From the NCBI GenBank assembly GCA_043228905.1, contig JBHGNT010000020.1, positions 14,942,001 through 15,006,000 of the forward strand: DNA of 64,000 nucleotides, in the 5' to 3' direction. Shown one piece after another: positions 54,223-64,000 of this stretch. This DNA comes from Azolla caroliniana. Taxonomy: Eukaryota; Plantae; Polypodiophyta. The notes under the pieces are model-generated. The model worked only from the letters and a program-made list of their open reading frames with translations, was not told the origin of the DNA and did no database searches. Position numbers and translations under genes: made by a program. The first letter of the stretch is position 1, and every line of letters starts with the position of its first letter.

Positions 54223-54550
54223 ATGGCTACATTCGGCGGATGCCGATACTACGTGGCCTTTATCGACGACTTCTCCAGGAACACCTGGGTCTACCCCATG
54301 CGCCAAAAGACCGAAGTGTTCGGACACTTCCAAAAATTCAAGAGTGGAGTTGAAAAGGAAACAAGTCGACATGTATGATGTCTTCGATGGCTACATTCGG
54401 CGGATGCCGATACTACGTGGCCTTTATCAACGACTTCTCCAGGCACACCTGGGTCTACCCCATGCGCCAAAAGACCGAAGTGTTCGGACACTTCCAAAAA
54501 TTCAAGAGTGGAGTTGAAAAGGAAACAAGTCGACATGTACGATGTCTTCG
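54223..54550 (+). repeat. 164-bp tandem duplication in the Copia integrase
   Basis: 'atggctacattcggcggatgcc...gatgtcttcg' at 54223-54386 and 54387-54550. Confidence 0.92.
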
Positions 54551-56705
54551 ATCGTATAGAGGAAAAGAGTAATTCTTCGACGATTTTTCGGCCTTTCTTC
54601 GGAAAGAAGGACATTGGTGAGAGTTTTTGTGTCAACATACGCCACAACAGAACGAAGTTCCCGAACGAAAGAATTGGCACATCCTTGAAGTAGCGCAGGC
54701 CATGCTTAATGAGAAGCACATACTGAAGTCGTATTGGGCAGAAGATGCCAACACATCCTCTACGTAATGAACCGGTGTACGACATCCGACGTGCATGAGA
54801 TTACCCCGCATGAGAAGTTTTTTGGAAAGAAGCCGGATCTATCACATGTTCAGAAATTCGGCTCCATTGCATACGTACACATCCCCAACGAGAAGTGACA
54901 AAAGCTCGACCCAAAGTTGGAGAAATCTATCCTCATTGGATACTCACTGGAGCAAAAGGGGTACAAGTGCTTCAACCCCTCTACTCAGACGGTTCGTGTA
55001 AGTTGGGATGTCATCTTTGACGAATTGGCATCATGGTACACACAAGAGCCGACTCCTCTCGAATCATTTCCAATTGACCCGAACTTGGCCAACCAAGAGA
55101 TAGAAGATGAAGATTGACTAAGGCATATGTTCGAAGAAAGTCCAATCACGACAAGGCTCAATGGGCCACAAAAGCCCCCGAGCAACCAGAGCACATCTCG
55201 GTCAAGTCCGAAGATGGACAAAGGCAAGGCCAAAATGCCAGAATATGAAGATAATCAATTTGACGACAACGTATCGACTCACTCACTCGATAGTGAGTTC
55301 GGTGGCTTCGATGTGCCTCTTATGAGGTATCCCGGAGTTAATAAAGCACTTACATCGGCAAATGAGAAACTTTGTCGCTCTACCTGAGAGAAGAATTTGG
55401 TTACCGATTCGACTACAACGATTATATGGCATACCACGATGCCTTTATGATAAAGGTGGTGACAATTCGAGAACCGGAAAGTTTTTCGGAAGCTATCAAC
55501 AATCTACGATAGATTTAAGCAATGAACAAGGAAATGCAGGCACTATGCAAGAACGAGACATGGGATCTCATTCCCCAGTCACCGCAGAAGAAGACAATCG
55601 GTGGCAGATGGAATTACAAGGCGAAGTATAATGTTGATGGCTCCACAACCACTACGAAGCTCGACTCGTAGTGAAAGGATAAGCCAACTACACGAACCCT
55701 GCCACTACGATCCAATGGTGGCTAGACACCATGATTTGGCCGGAAATCGGAAATTGGTCCGCCACTACTAGCGTGAGCCCGCCCGAGTCCATGGCCGACC
55801 AGACCCAATATGCCACTCTGCGCTATTTCCCCACCCAACAACACAAGGCCCTGAACCACAACAAGTTCTGCTACACCCTGCCCGCCATAGCCGCCAACTA
55901 CGACTTGATCCGTGCCTCCTTTTGGATGGGCCCGAAGGAATTGTACCCTACTAGAGTCAGCTGGCAGATGCGGTTTCGTCTGATTGTGGACACTTATGAA
56001 GGGATAGAGGTCATCATTAACTTTCCTCAGAGCAATCCATGGTTCGAAGAGATGTACATCCCCGCACCCAGTGGAAGGTCACCAGTGTCGGTATGCCTCT
56101 CGGCTGCATCCAACAGCAATGACGTGCCATTTATAAACTCTGTGGAGTTGCGTCCTCTCCCGTCCACGATGAAGCCGGCGGAGATGATCAAGAACACCAA
56201 CTACTCGCTGCGCACTGTCTGGCGAGAGGACACTGGTGCCTATACCGAAGTTCCCCCGATCCTAAGGTCAGACTTAATTATCGATGAAATGATACACACG
56301 TTTAAGCAGCTGGGAAGATTAATTTATGCCTGCATTCTATGTCTTGAGCTCTCCAGGTATCCGAAGGACACCATCCATAGGTTCTGGTGGAAACTCGATA
56401 ATTCTGTCTTATATGTATACCAGACTATTCAATCGGTGGCTATGAAGGATTCTTCTTATTTTCCTCCAGAGGCAGCGATGCAAAGCAATTTCATCAACCG
56501 CACTATCGTCGTCAATCCTGAAGAAAATAATAAGCAAAATAAAGTAAAATAAATTATTATGTAGTTCTTATTTAGTTCCTATGAAATCGGTTTCCTTCAT
56601 GAGAAGGAAACCGTATGTCTATTTGTGGTGGCCTTATAAAGCCACCACCACCAACGTTTGTATGTATGGCATTATACTAATAATAAAGCTTCTTTCTGTT
56701 TTCTC

Positions 56706-56756
<51 letters not shown>

Positions 56757-56962
56757 TTCTATCTCTCTTTCTCTTTCATTTCTACATGGTATCAGAGCCT
56801 ATGCCTATGCCTTTCTAAATTACAAAATACATGCCCTTATCATAAGTTAAGTTTCATGCCCATACAAAAAAAATAACTATATATTCATAGTGTCCAAGAT
56901 CGTCAAATAACGAACGACAATTTGTGTTTGCCGTGCGCTGATCCGGACAACCCTCTGCAATA

Positions 56963-57961
56963 ATGGCACAATCGATGTCGTCGTCGCAACACAACATGCG
57001 AAAGTTCACGATCGAGAAATTGTCGGACACAAATTACCGAATTTGGAAGGCAAGATTAGAATTACTTTTTAAATATAATAAAGTATGGGACATAATTTCA
57101 GGATCGTCGACAAAACCCGAAAAAGGCGAAGAGCTTGAAGAATTTGAAGAAAAAGACTTGTGTGCAAGAATGGAAATTCTAATGCACGTAAGTGATGGCA
57201 CCGGAGAAACATTACGAAAAATAGAGACCGCTCAAGAAATGTGGAAGCACTTACAAACTATCTACGAACCAAAGAATGACGCCCAACAAGCACATACACT
57301 CCAAGCTCTTGTTAATTACAAGATGATTGACGAACAACCGGTTGATGATTTTCTATTAATGTGGCAAAAGAAATTAGATGATGTGTTAACTTCTGGATTG
57401 GAAATCCATGATAAATTACAAAAGATTCTCCTTCTTGGTGCTCTTCCTCACTCGTGGTCCACTTTCCGAACCACCCAAAACTCTATAAATTGCCCAACGC
57501 TAATTGATCTTCTTGCAAACATTAGACAGGAGGAAACAATGCGTTCACAAAGGTCCTCAAATTCAACAACAAGTGTGGCAATGGTAGCATACAAGAACAA
57601 GAGGTTCACCCAAAGAGGAGAAAGCTCGAAGCCGTGGCTAAAGAAAGATCAAAACACAAAACAAGGGGGAATGCGGTTCAACAATACTTATTGCAAGATA
57701 TGCAAACATACAAATCATGCAACAAAAGATTGCCGGGCAAAGACAAATTTCAAGAATCATCAACCATGGAGGCGTGTACAAGCCCATATTGTTGAAGAAG
57801 AGATGGATGATGAAAAAGCCATGGGAGGTGGACATCGAAATGGTGACATGTATGACGATGTTCTACAAGCGTTCATTGCCGATCACTTTCTGCCACGATT
57901 CCAAATCCAAGTAATGCAAATGACATGTGGTATCTCGACACTGGTGCTACTAACCACTTAA
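56963..57961 (+). CDS. gag: Copia Gag (zinc knuckle CKICKHTNHATKDC)
   Basis: 332-aa ORF with KLSDTNYRIWK, LLGALPHSW and a CX2CX4HX4C knuckle. The last ~25 codons are probably out-of-frame run-on. Confidence 0.88.
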   Translation: MAQSMSSSQHNMRKFTIEKLSDTNYRIWKARLELLFKYNKVWDIISGSSTKPEKGEELEEFEEKDLCARMEILMHVSDGTGETLRKIETAQEMWKHLQTIYEPKNDAQQAHTLQALVNYKMIDEQPVDDFLLMWQKKLDDVLTSGLEIHDKLQKILLLGALPHSWSTFRTTQNSINCPTLIDLLANIRQEETMRSQRSSNSTTSVAMVAYKNKRFTQRGESSKPWLKKDQNTKQGGMRFNNTYCKICKHTNHATKDCRAKTNFKNHQPWRRVQAHIVEEEMDDEKAMGGGHRNGDMYDDVLQAFIADHFLPRFQIQVMQMTCGISTLVLLTT

Positions 57962-60900
57962 CTAATAGAAAAGATTGGTTAAGTAATTATAAGGAAATTG
58001 AACCTCCTATCATTGTAAGATTTGGAAATAATGAGACTAAACAAGCTATTGGCAAGGGTGATATTACTTTTGAAGTCACAGGAGGAAGACATTTCACAAT
58101 CAATGAAGTTCTCTATGTCCCGGGCATCACCAAACATTTGCTATCGGTTAGCCAAGCAACGGCAAATGGTACAATAATTGAATTTCATCCTAACCATGCT
58201 ATTATTAAACATAAAGCCTCAAATGGAGAACTTATTAGAACATGTTGTAAACGAGAAGGAGGCTTATATCCCATAAAATGTATTCCTACATCTCTTATTT
58301 TTGAAGCACATCATACTACCCCAATACAATCCTCCATATCTTTAACCAATCTTCATTCTCCTTCTTCTCTTTGGCATTTTCGTCTAGGTCATATGCATTT
58401 CAATGCTCTAAAAACACTACAATGTAATAATCTAGTCCATGGTTTGCCAAAAGAACCTTTCAAGCCTATCTCTTTGTGTGAAAGTTGTATCTTTGGGAAA
58501 ATGCCCCAACAACCCTTCCCAAAGCATAGATCTAGAGCCACTACCCCTCTTGCATTAGTACATAGTGATCTATGTGGTCCTTTTCCAACCCCTTCTCTTA
58601 GTGGAGCCAAATATTTCATTAGCTTTATCGATGACTTTAGTCGATTTACAATCTTGCATTTTCTCAAGTACAAGAGTCAAGCTTATCAAGCATTCAAAAA
58701 ATACAAGGCTCGAGTCGAAGTGCAAACATCATCAAAGATTAAAAGTCTTCAAACCGATGGTGGTGGTGAGTATGTGTCTCATGAGTTTCAAAGTTTATAT
58801 CAAAATGAAGGCATACATCATAGAATATCAACACCACACACACCACAACAAAATGGTGTATCCGAAAGGAAGAATAGATCACTTCTCAATATGGCTCGAA
58901 GTATGTTACAATTTGCTCACTTATCGCCTCAATTTTGGGAGGAAGCGGTTGGCACCGCTTGCTATATTCAAAATCGAGGATTTCATAGTTCTTTGGGGCT
59001 CCAAACCCCTTATGAATTATGGCATGGTCACAAACCTAACTTAAGTAATCTTCGTATTTTTGGTTGTGATGCTTCTGCTTTTGTGCCAAATGTTCAAAGA
59101 AATAAGCTAGATCCAAGGGCTACAAAATCAATCTTCATCGGATATGGAGAAGCTTCGGGATACAAGGCGTACAAGCTCTTCGATCCACAAAAACAAAGAA
59201 TATTCTTTAGTCGTAGTGTGATATTCCAAGAAAATGGACCTTCTACAAAGGTTTCTTCTTCACTATCTTTTAATCTACCTCCCTTATTACCTACCCCTAA
59301 TTACTTACAACCATATTCCTCAACCATCTCTAATACTAATAGCTCTCATATTGAAGGAGCCAACATTGGCTCATCCTCTACTTCCACAATTTGTGTTGCT
59401 CTTCCATCTATTCACAAGGCCAAGAACAATCCTACTCAACCAACTAATTCTTCTTCTCATCCTCCCTCATTCCAAACTCTAGATGATTCTCTTCCTCATA
59501 CTCCTTTAAATACACACTATTTAACCCCCACTAATAATACAAATAATGTTATCTTCTCCACTCCCTCTCCTAATCCTTCATTCCAAATGTCATCACCAAC
59601 TTCTCCACCAAACTCTCCACCTCCAAAGTATAGATCTCTAAGTAGTATTTATGAACAACTTGATCAAATGGAAGCACATTTCGTCGACTTGGACCATGAA
59701 GCTTATATTCAAGAAGAAGATATTCCAACCCTTGGTGATGACACAAATCTATCGGCCAAAGATGCACTTTCCGGACCGGATTCTATCAAATGGAGAAAGG
59801 CTATGGAAGAAGAAATGAAGGCTTTACTTAAAAATGGTACGTGGACCCTCGTTGAGCCTCCAAAGGATCGACAAATAATTGGTTCTAAATGGGTCTTACG
59901 CATAAAGCGAGATAGTAATGGCAATCCAATTCGCTTCAAGGCTCGTGTAGTTGCTCGAGGATTCTCTCAAGTACGAGGTATTGATTTTCAAGATACATTT
60001 AGTCCAACGCTAAAAATATGTGGTTTTCGAATGCTCGTTTCTCTTGCCGCACAACATGATCTCGAATTGCATCATTTGGATGTACAAACGGCTTTTCTTC
60101 ATGGAGATTTAGATGAAGAACTTTATCTACAACAACCACAATTTTTTGAAGATCCAAGTCATCCAACACATGTTTGTCGACTTCGTAAATCTATTTACGG
60201 TCTTAAGCAATCTCCACGCATATGGTATCACAAACTACACTCTTTTCTCATAAAAGTTGGATATCATCGTCTAAACAATGAGCCAAATATCTATGTTAGA
60301 AAAGCCAAATCCAATTTTGTTATCATAGGTGTCTATGTTGATGATTTGCCTTTGATCTCTAACTCTAAATCTTATCTAGCTATTGCAAAGAAGGAACTTG
60401 CATATGTTTTTCCTATTACCGATTTAGGCCCTATGACCCATTTTCTAGGCATCAAAATAACTCAAGATAGAACAAATCATACTATCTCATTATCACAATC
60501 AAATTATGTTAATTCTATCCTCCAAAGATTTGATATGCTCCATAGTAAGCCTATTAGTACTCCTCTTACCTCTCCATGTAAACTTTCAAATGATCATTCT
60601 CCTAAAAATGAACGAGAAATTTCCGAAATGAAGGATGTACCCTATAAGCAAATCCTTGGATGTATAAGATATCTAGTAAGTTGCACACGTCCCGATATTT
60701 GCTTTGCCGCCGGTTTTCTTTCTCGTTTCATGGCTAATCCAGGACCAAAGCATTGGATCGCGCTCAAAAGATTACTTCGATACTTGAAGCATACTCAACA
60801 TTATGCGTTGACTTACTCCGCTACACAATCCGAGTCAACCACACTTGTGCAAGGATGGCCAAACCCCTCTAGCCAACTAATTGGTTGGTCGGACTCGGAC

Positions 60901-61371
60901 TGGGGGGGAGATGTGGACGATCGCAAGTCAATGGGTGGATATGTTTACACACTAGCTGGCGGTGCAATTTCGTGGAAATCAAAGAAACAAACTACCGTAG
61001 CATTGTCATCCACCGAAGCTGAATATGTTGCCGCGGCTTTAGCAGCTAAAGAAGGCATATGGATTAAAGCTATGCTCGATGAATTTAAATTATTCACTAT
61101 TCCACCAGTGACTTTATTTTGTGATAATCAATCTTGCATCAAGTTAGCCAACAATCCGAAGATGAGCGACAATATCCGTCATGTGGACTTGCATCACTTT
61201 CTTCGTGATCTCATTGAAACGAAGAAGATAGAGTTAAAGTTTGCTCCCACTCATCAAATGTGGGCTGATTTTCTAACGAAGCCTCTTCAACATTCTAAGC
61301 ACATTATTTGTTGCAAGCAAGTTGGATTAATTAATGTAATCGAAGATAAAGATGAAAACCTACACTTCTAG
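57925..61371 (+). CDS. pol: Copia Pol (PR-INT-RT-RNaseH), uninterrupted 1148 aa
   Basis: Motifs WYLDTGATNH, LWHFRLGH, VHSDLCGP, QTDGGGEY, FKARVVARG, YVDDL, SDSDWGG and CDNQS. Confidence 0.95.
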   Translation: MWYLDTGATNHLTNRKDWLSNYKEIEPPIIVRFGNNETKQAIGKGDITFEVTGGRHFTINEVLYVPGITKHLLSVSQATANGTIIEFHPNHAIIKHKASNGELIRTCCKREGGLYPIKCIPTSLIFEAHHTTPIQSSISLTNLHSPSSLWHFRLGHMHFNALKTLQCNNLVHGLPKEPFKPISLCESCIFGKMPQQPFPKHRSRATTPLALVHSDLCGPFPTPSLSGAKYFISFIDDFSRFTILHFLKYKSQAYQAFKKYKARVEVQTSSKIKSLQTDGGGEYVSHEFQSLYQNEGIHHRISTPHTPQQNGVSERKNRSLLNMARSMLQFAHLSPQFWEEAVGTACYIQNRGFHSSLGLQTPYELWHGHKPNLSNLRIFGCDASAFVPNVQRNKLDPRATKSIFIGYGEASGYKAYKLFDPQKQRIFFSRSVIFQENGPSTKVSSSLSFNLPPLLPTPNYLQPYSSTISNTNSSHIEGANIGSSSTSTICVALPSIHKAKNNPTQPTNSSSHPPSFQTLDDSLPHTPLNTHYLTPTNNTNNVIFSTPSPNPSFQMSSPTSPPNSPPPKYRSLSSIYEQLDQMEAHFVDLDHEAYIQEEDIPTLGDDTNLSAKDALSGPDSIKWRKAMEEEMKALLKNGTWTLVEPPKDRQIIGSKWVLRIKRDSNGNPIRFKARVVARGFSQVRGIDFQDTFSPTLKICGFRMLVSLAAQHDLELHHLDVQTAFLHGDLDEELYLQQPQFFEDPSHPTHVCRLRKSIYGLKQSPRIWYHKLHSFLIKVGYHRLNNEPNIYVRKAKSNFVIIGVYVDDLPLISNSKSYLAIAKKELAYVFPITDLGPMTHFLGIKITQDRTNHTISLSQSNYVNSILQRFDMLHSKPISTPLTSPCKLSNDHSPKNEREISEMKDVPYKQILGCIRYLVSCTRPDICFAAGFLSRFMANPGPKHWIALKRLLRYLKHTQHYALTYSATQSESTTLVQGWPNPSSQLIGWSDSDWGGDVDDRKSMGGYVYTLAGGAISWKSKKQTTVALSSTEAEYVAAALAAKEGIWIKAMLDEFKLFTIPPVTLFCDNQSCIKLANNPKMSDNIRHVDLHHFLRDLIETKKIELKFAPTHQMWADFLTKPLQHSKHIICCKQVGLINVIEDKDENLHF

Positions 61372-64000
61372 AAAATTTTGTTTAGGGGGGAGTGAAGAAA
61401 ATAATAAGCAAAATAAAGTAAAATAAATTATTATGTAGTTCTTATTTAGTTCCTATGAAATGGGTTTCCTTCATGAGAAGGAAACCGTATCTCTATTTGT
61501 GGTGGCCTTATAAAGCCACCACCACCAACTTGTGGTGGCCTTATAAAGCCACCACCACCAACGTTTGTATGTATGGCATTATACTAATAATAAAGCTTCT
61601 TTCTGTTTTCTCTTATCTCTCTCTCTCTCTCTCTCTCTTCTTTCTATCTCTCTTTCTCTTTCATTTCTACAAATCCAAGTGCTCGAGCATCATCTAATGT
61701 GTTCACGGTTAAAACACTCCGTGGAAGCCACTACTATTTCATGCTGCTATGGTTCGTTGAGTTGAGTGCAAATGTTAACGCCTCTGGACAGAGAGTGTTC
61801 GATGTCGCCATCAATGGGGAGGTCTTTGAGAAACCTATCGACATATACAATCGGGTCGGCCCCTACACAGCTCTTGAGGTCTACAGTTCAACAGATAGGC
61901 CATTGGGGCCTTATATAGACCAATTTGTAATTGAGGTTCATAACTCATCCACCTCTAATTGAGGTTCATAACTCATCCTAGCTTGGCTGCAGTTGAGATC
62001 TTGCAGATGCTCGACAACCCCATGAACACCACCACCTCCTCGTCTGATGGTCCGTCGCCCTAATCCAATTAATTTTCCGCTCCGTAAACTAAATGCCACT
62101 CATCGATAACTCCTTCATTGTGCATATAATTTGATTGCAGTTCTGGCTATACAAGATTTGGTCACAAGCAGCCTGCCAGCATTACAAAGATTTATGGGGG
62201 ACCCATGCTTACCGCTGCGATACAAGTACCCATGGATCGATTGTGATCATTCGAACCAAAATCTACCGGCTAGAGTAACATCTATGTGCGTGTGTGATCC
62301 ATTATAAACATCTATGTGCAAATCCACATGTCGATCACAAGCCCTCATTATTGATTGTGATAAATGATGTGCGTATTAACTTGATTCCATGTGTTTTGTT
62401 TGATATAATTCATGCAGCTCCTTATCTTACTATAGTCTAGTAGGGACTCTTGCAAGCAGCATCAACAACTTGGATCAACTTGTCACACTGTAAGACCACT
62501 TTTATTTCTGATAATTACAGTGTTAATTGATAGTAGAAACATAATCACTTCACTGACTGCTATGGAGGTGAAATTATACATTGGAAACATATATATTATT
62601 GATTCTGGTGTGCACAGCGTGTTGAGTGACAATGCCTTGCAAGGGCCTTTGCCGAGCTTCAATAATTTGGTGAATCTTCAAACCTTGTAAGTTATTTGTG
62701 TTCTCTCTGCTGAAGTACTACATAGAATTAAGTAAAAGCATTTCACTACCTCATGAATATACAGTATGTTGTTGGGAAAGGGTGCCCAAATACCGATTGA
62801 CAACCAAAATACACATTAACGCAAATAGATGGGCATGATTGTTCTAAGAGATACAAATCTATGGCAAATCCAAGAAATTTAGCTCATTAGGAAGCAGTAA
62901 ATTGAATTTTGAGATATCTACCAGGCACCATAGAGAAATCTCACGCATATAACATACAAACGCACAAACATTTCTATTCCATTACATGAGAACTAACATT
63001 TCTACTTCTCCAAATCATCAGACTTCATTTTGTGTAGTCACACACTTCTCCAAGCCCTTATATAAGTTCCTCAAGAAATCTTGTGTATTTTGTGTATAAT
63101 TGGGCTTGGACGGTTCACAATACGAAAATCTAATTCGACTTTCACTCTTGTGTATCTTATTTACTTCAGAAAAAACTCAGCAGCAGCAATTTTCAAGAAG
63201 TGGAACTATTGACACATTTATATCTATTAACACTAATAGAGACTATGAGATTTATTTTGTAACTTTAACAAAGAAAATGGTGACTTATTAATTTCATGTG
63301 ATGCCCCATCAAATACATTGTAGGGATTTAAGCAATAACAGATTTATTTTGTAACTTTAACAAAGAAAATGGTGACTTATTAATTCCATGTGATGCCCCA
63401 TCAAATACATTCTAGGGATTTAAGCAATAACAGTTTCAGTGGTGAAATACCTGATGCATTGTCAAATTTGCCGAAACTAACATACCTGTAAGTATCTCTA
63501 TCTTGAGTTTTCTCTATCCAAATATCAATATATATTGCATTTATCTGCCTAAGGTTTTATTTACTTTTATGATCAACTTAAGATATTACAACGTTTTAAA
63601 GCGACTTTTAATAACTTGGTAAACAGAAAATATCAATTTATACTTTAATCTACCAATGTTTTTGTTTACTATCACGAACGGCGTAATATATTACAATGCT
63701 TTATAATGACTTTCCAGTAACCTAGAAAACAACAAGTTTTACGGAACGATACCAACAACACTACTGCAAAAAAAAGGTCTTCATTTCAGGTATATTACTA
63801 TTAAGATCTTTGTGAGTCAAAGAGAATATTATGTCATTATATATAAACATGAAAAATTATTAACTCGCATTTATGCTTCTCGTCTACATTATAAAAAAAT
63901 CTAATCTTAAACCAAAATTATACATTGCTAGTGAATATGCATAGTAAAACATACTGAGTGAAACATGGTGAATCCTAAGGTGACATAATAGAAATATCGT

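Larger units (their letters stand above)
51892..55681 (+). mobile_element. Decayed, 3'-truncated Ty1/Copia element
   Basis: LTR-like 51892-52259 (TG..CA) and a degenerate PBS tcgtatctaagc at 52260. Contains gag (WEYKMHQYLFGQGYW), LWHKRIGH, integrase, IGYSLEQKGYKCFNP and the start of RT. It breaks off at YEARLVVKG. Confidence 0.88.
56519..61671 (+). mobile_element. Young full-length Ty1/Copia LTR retrotransposon (~5.15 kb, short LTRs, Ale/Ivana-like size)
   Basis: TG..CA LTRs 56519-56786 and 61393-61671. TSD AATCC at 56514-56518 and 61672-61676. PBS tggtatcagagcc at 56787. PPT at 61384-61392. Confidence 0.97.
55682..64000 (+). pseudogene. RLK-D: recent pseudogenised duplicate of RLK-B (runs off the window)
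   Basis: Near-identical to ~18488-21630 including introns. It lacks the promoter, the signal-peptide exon and the GFLSIDCG start. It is interrupted by a Copia at 56519-61671 and has a premature TGA at 61960-61962. Confidence 0.95.

Noticed and set aside
55682-64000. RLK-D as an assembly duplicate or allelic haplotype of RLK-B
   Set aside because: It has its own TSD-flanked Copia, a distinct 5' junction and many substitutions, so a real paralogue is more likely. Read depth would settle it.

Overview
AT-rich, intron-containing land-plant genomic DNA. The CA/TACA-rich tracts and TE types suggest a fern or other non-flowering plant, but this is inference. The core of the window is a tandem cluster of malectin-like-domain LRR receptor-like kinase genes (LRR-I / IOS1-like architecture), all on the + strand. 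Three copies look intact: RLK-A 10056-16192, RLK-B 18249-26401 and RLK-C 40279-50776. Two are pseudogenes: a kinase-only relic of RLK-A (about 30276-37850) and a very recent copy of RLK-B (55682 to the window end). The repeating unit appears to be a two-gene block (A-type + B-type). The cluster is heavily invaded by TEs: a young Copia with a 5-bp TSD, a tandem Copia sharing a central LTR, a non-autonomous hAT element with an 8-bp TSD, and Copia, Gypsy and LINE relics. Less obvious items are a captured S-adenosylmethionine synthetase fragment (2625-2759), a ParB-like ORF relic (29318-30250), a roughly 420-bp inverted repeat, LRR-exon gain and loss between paralogues, a DPE>DPT kinase substitution in the B-type genes, and ectodomain-restricted divergence between near-identical copies. 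All alignments and counts were done by eye; no database searches were run.
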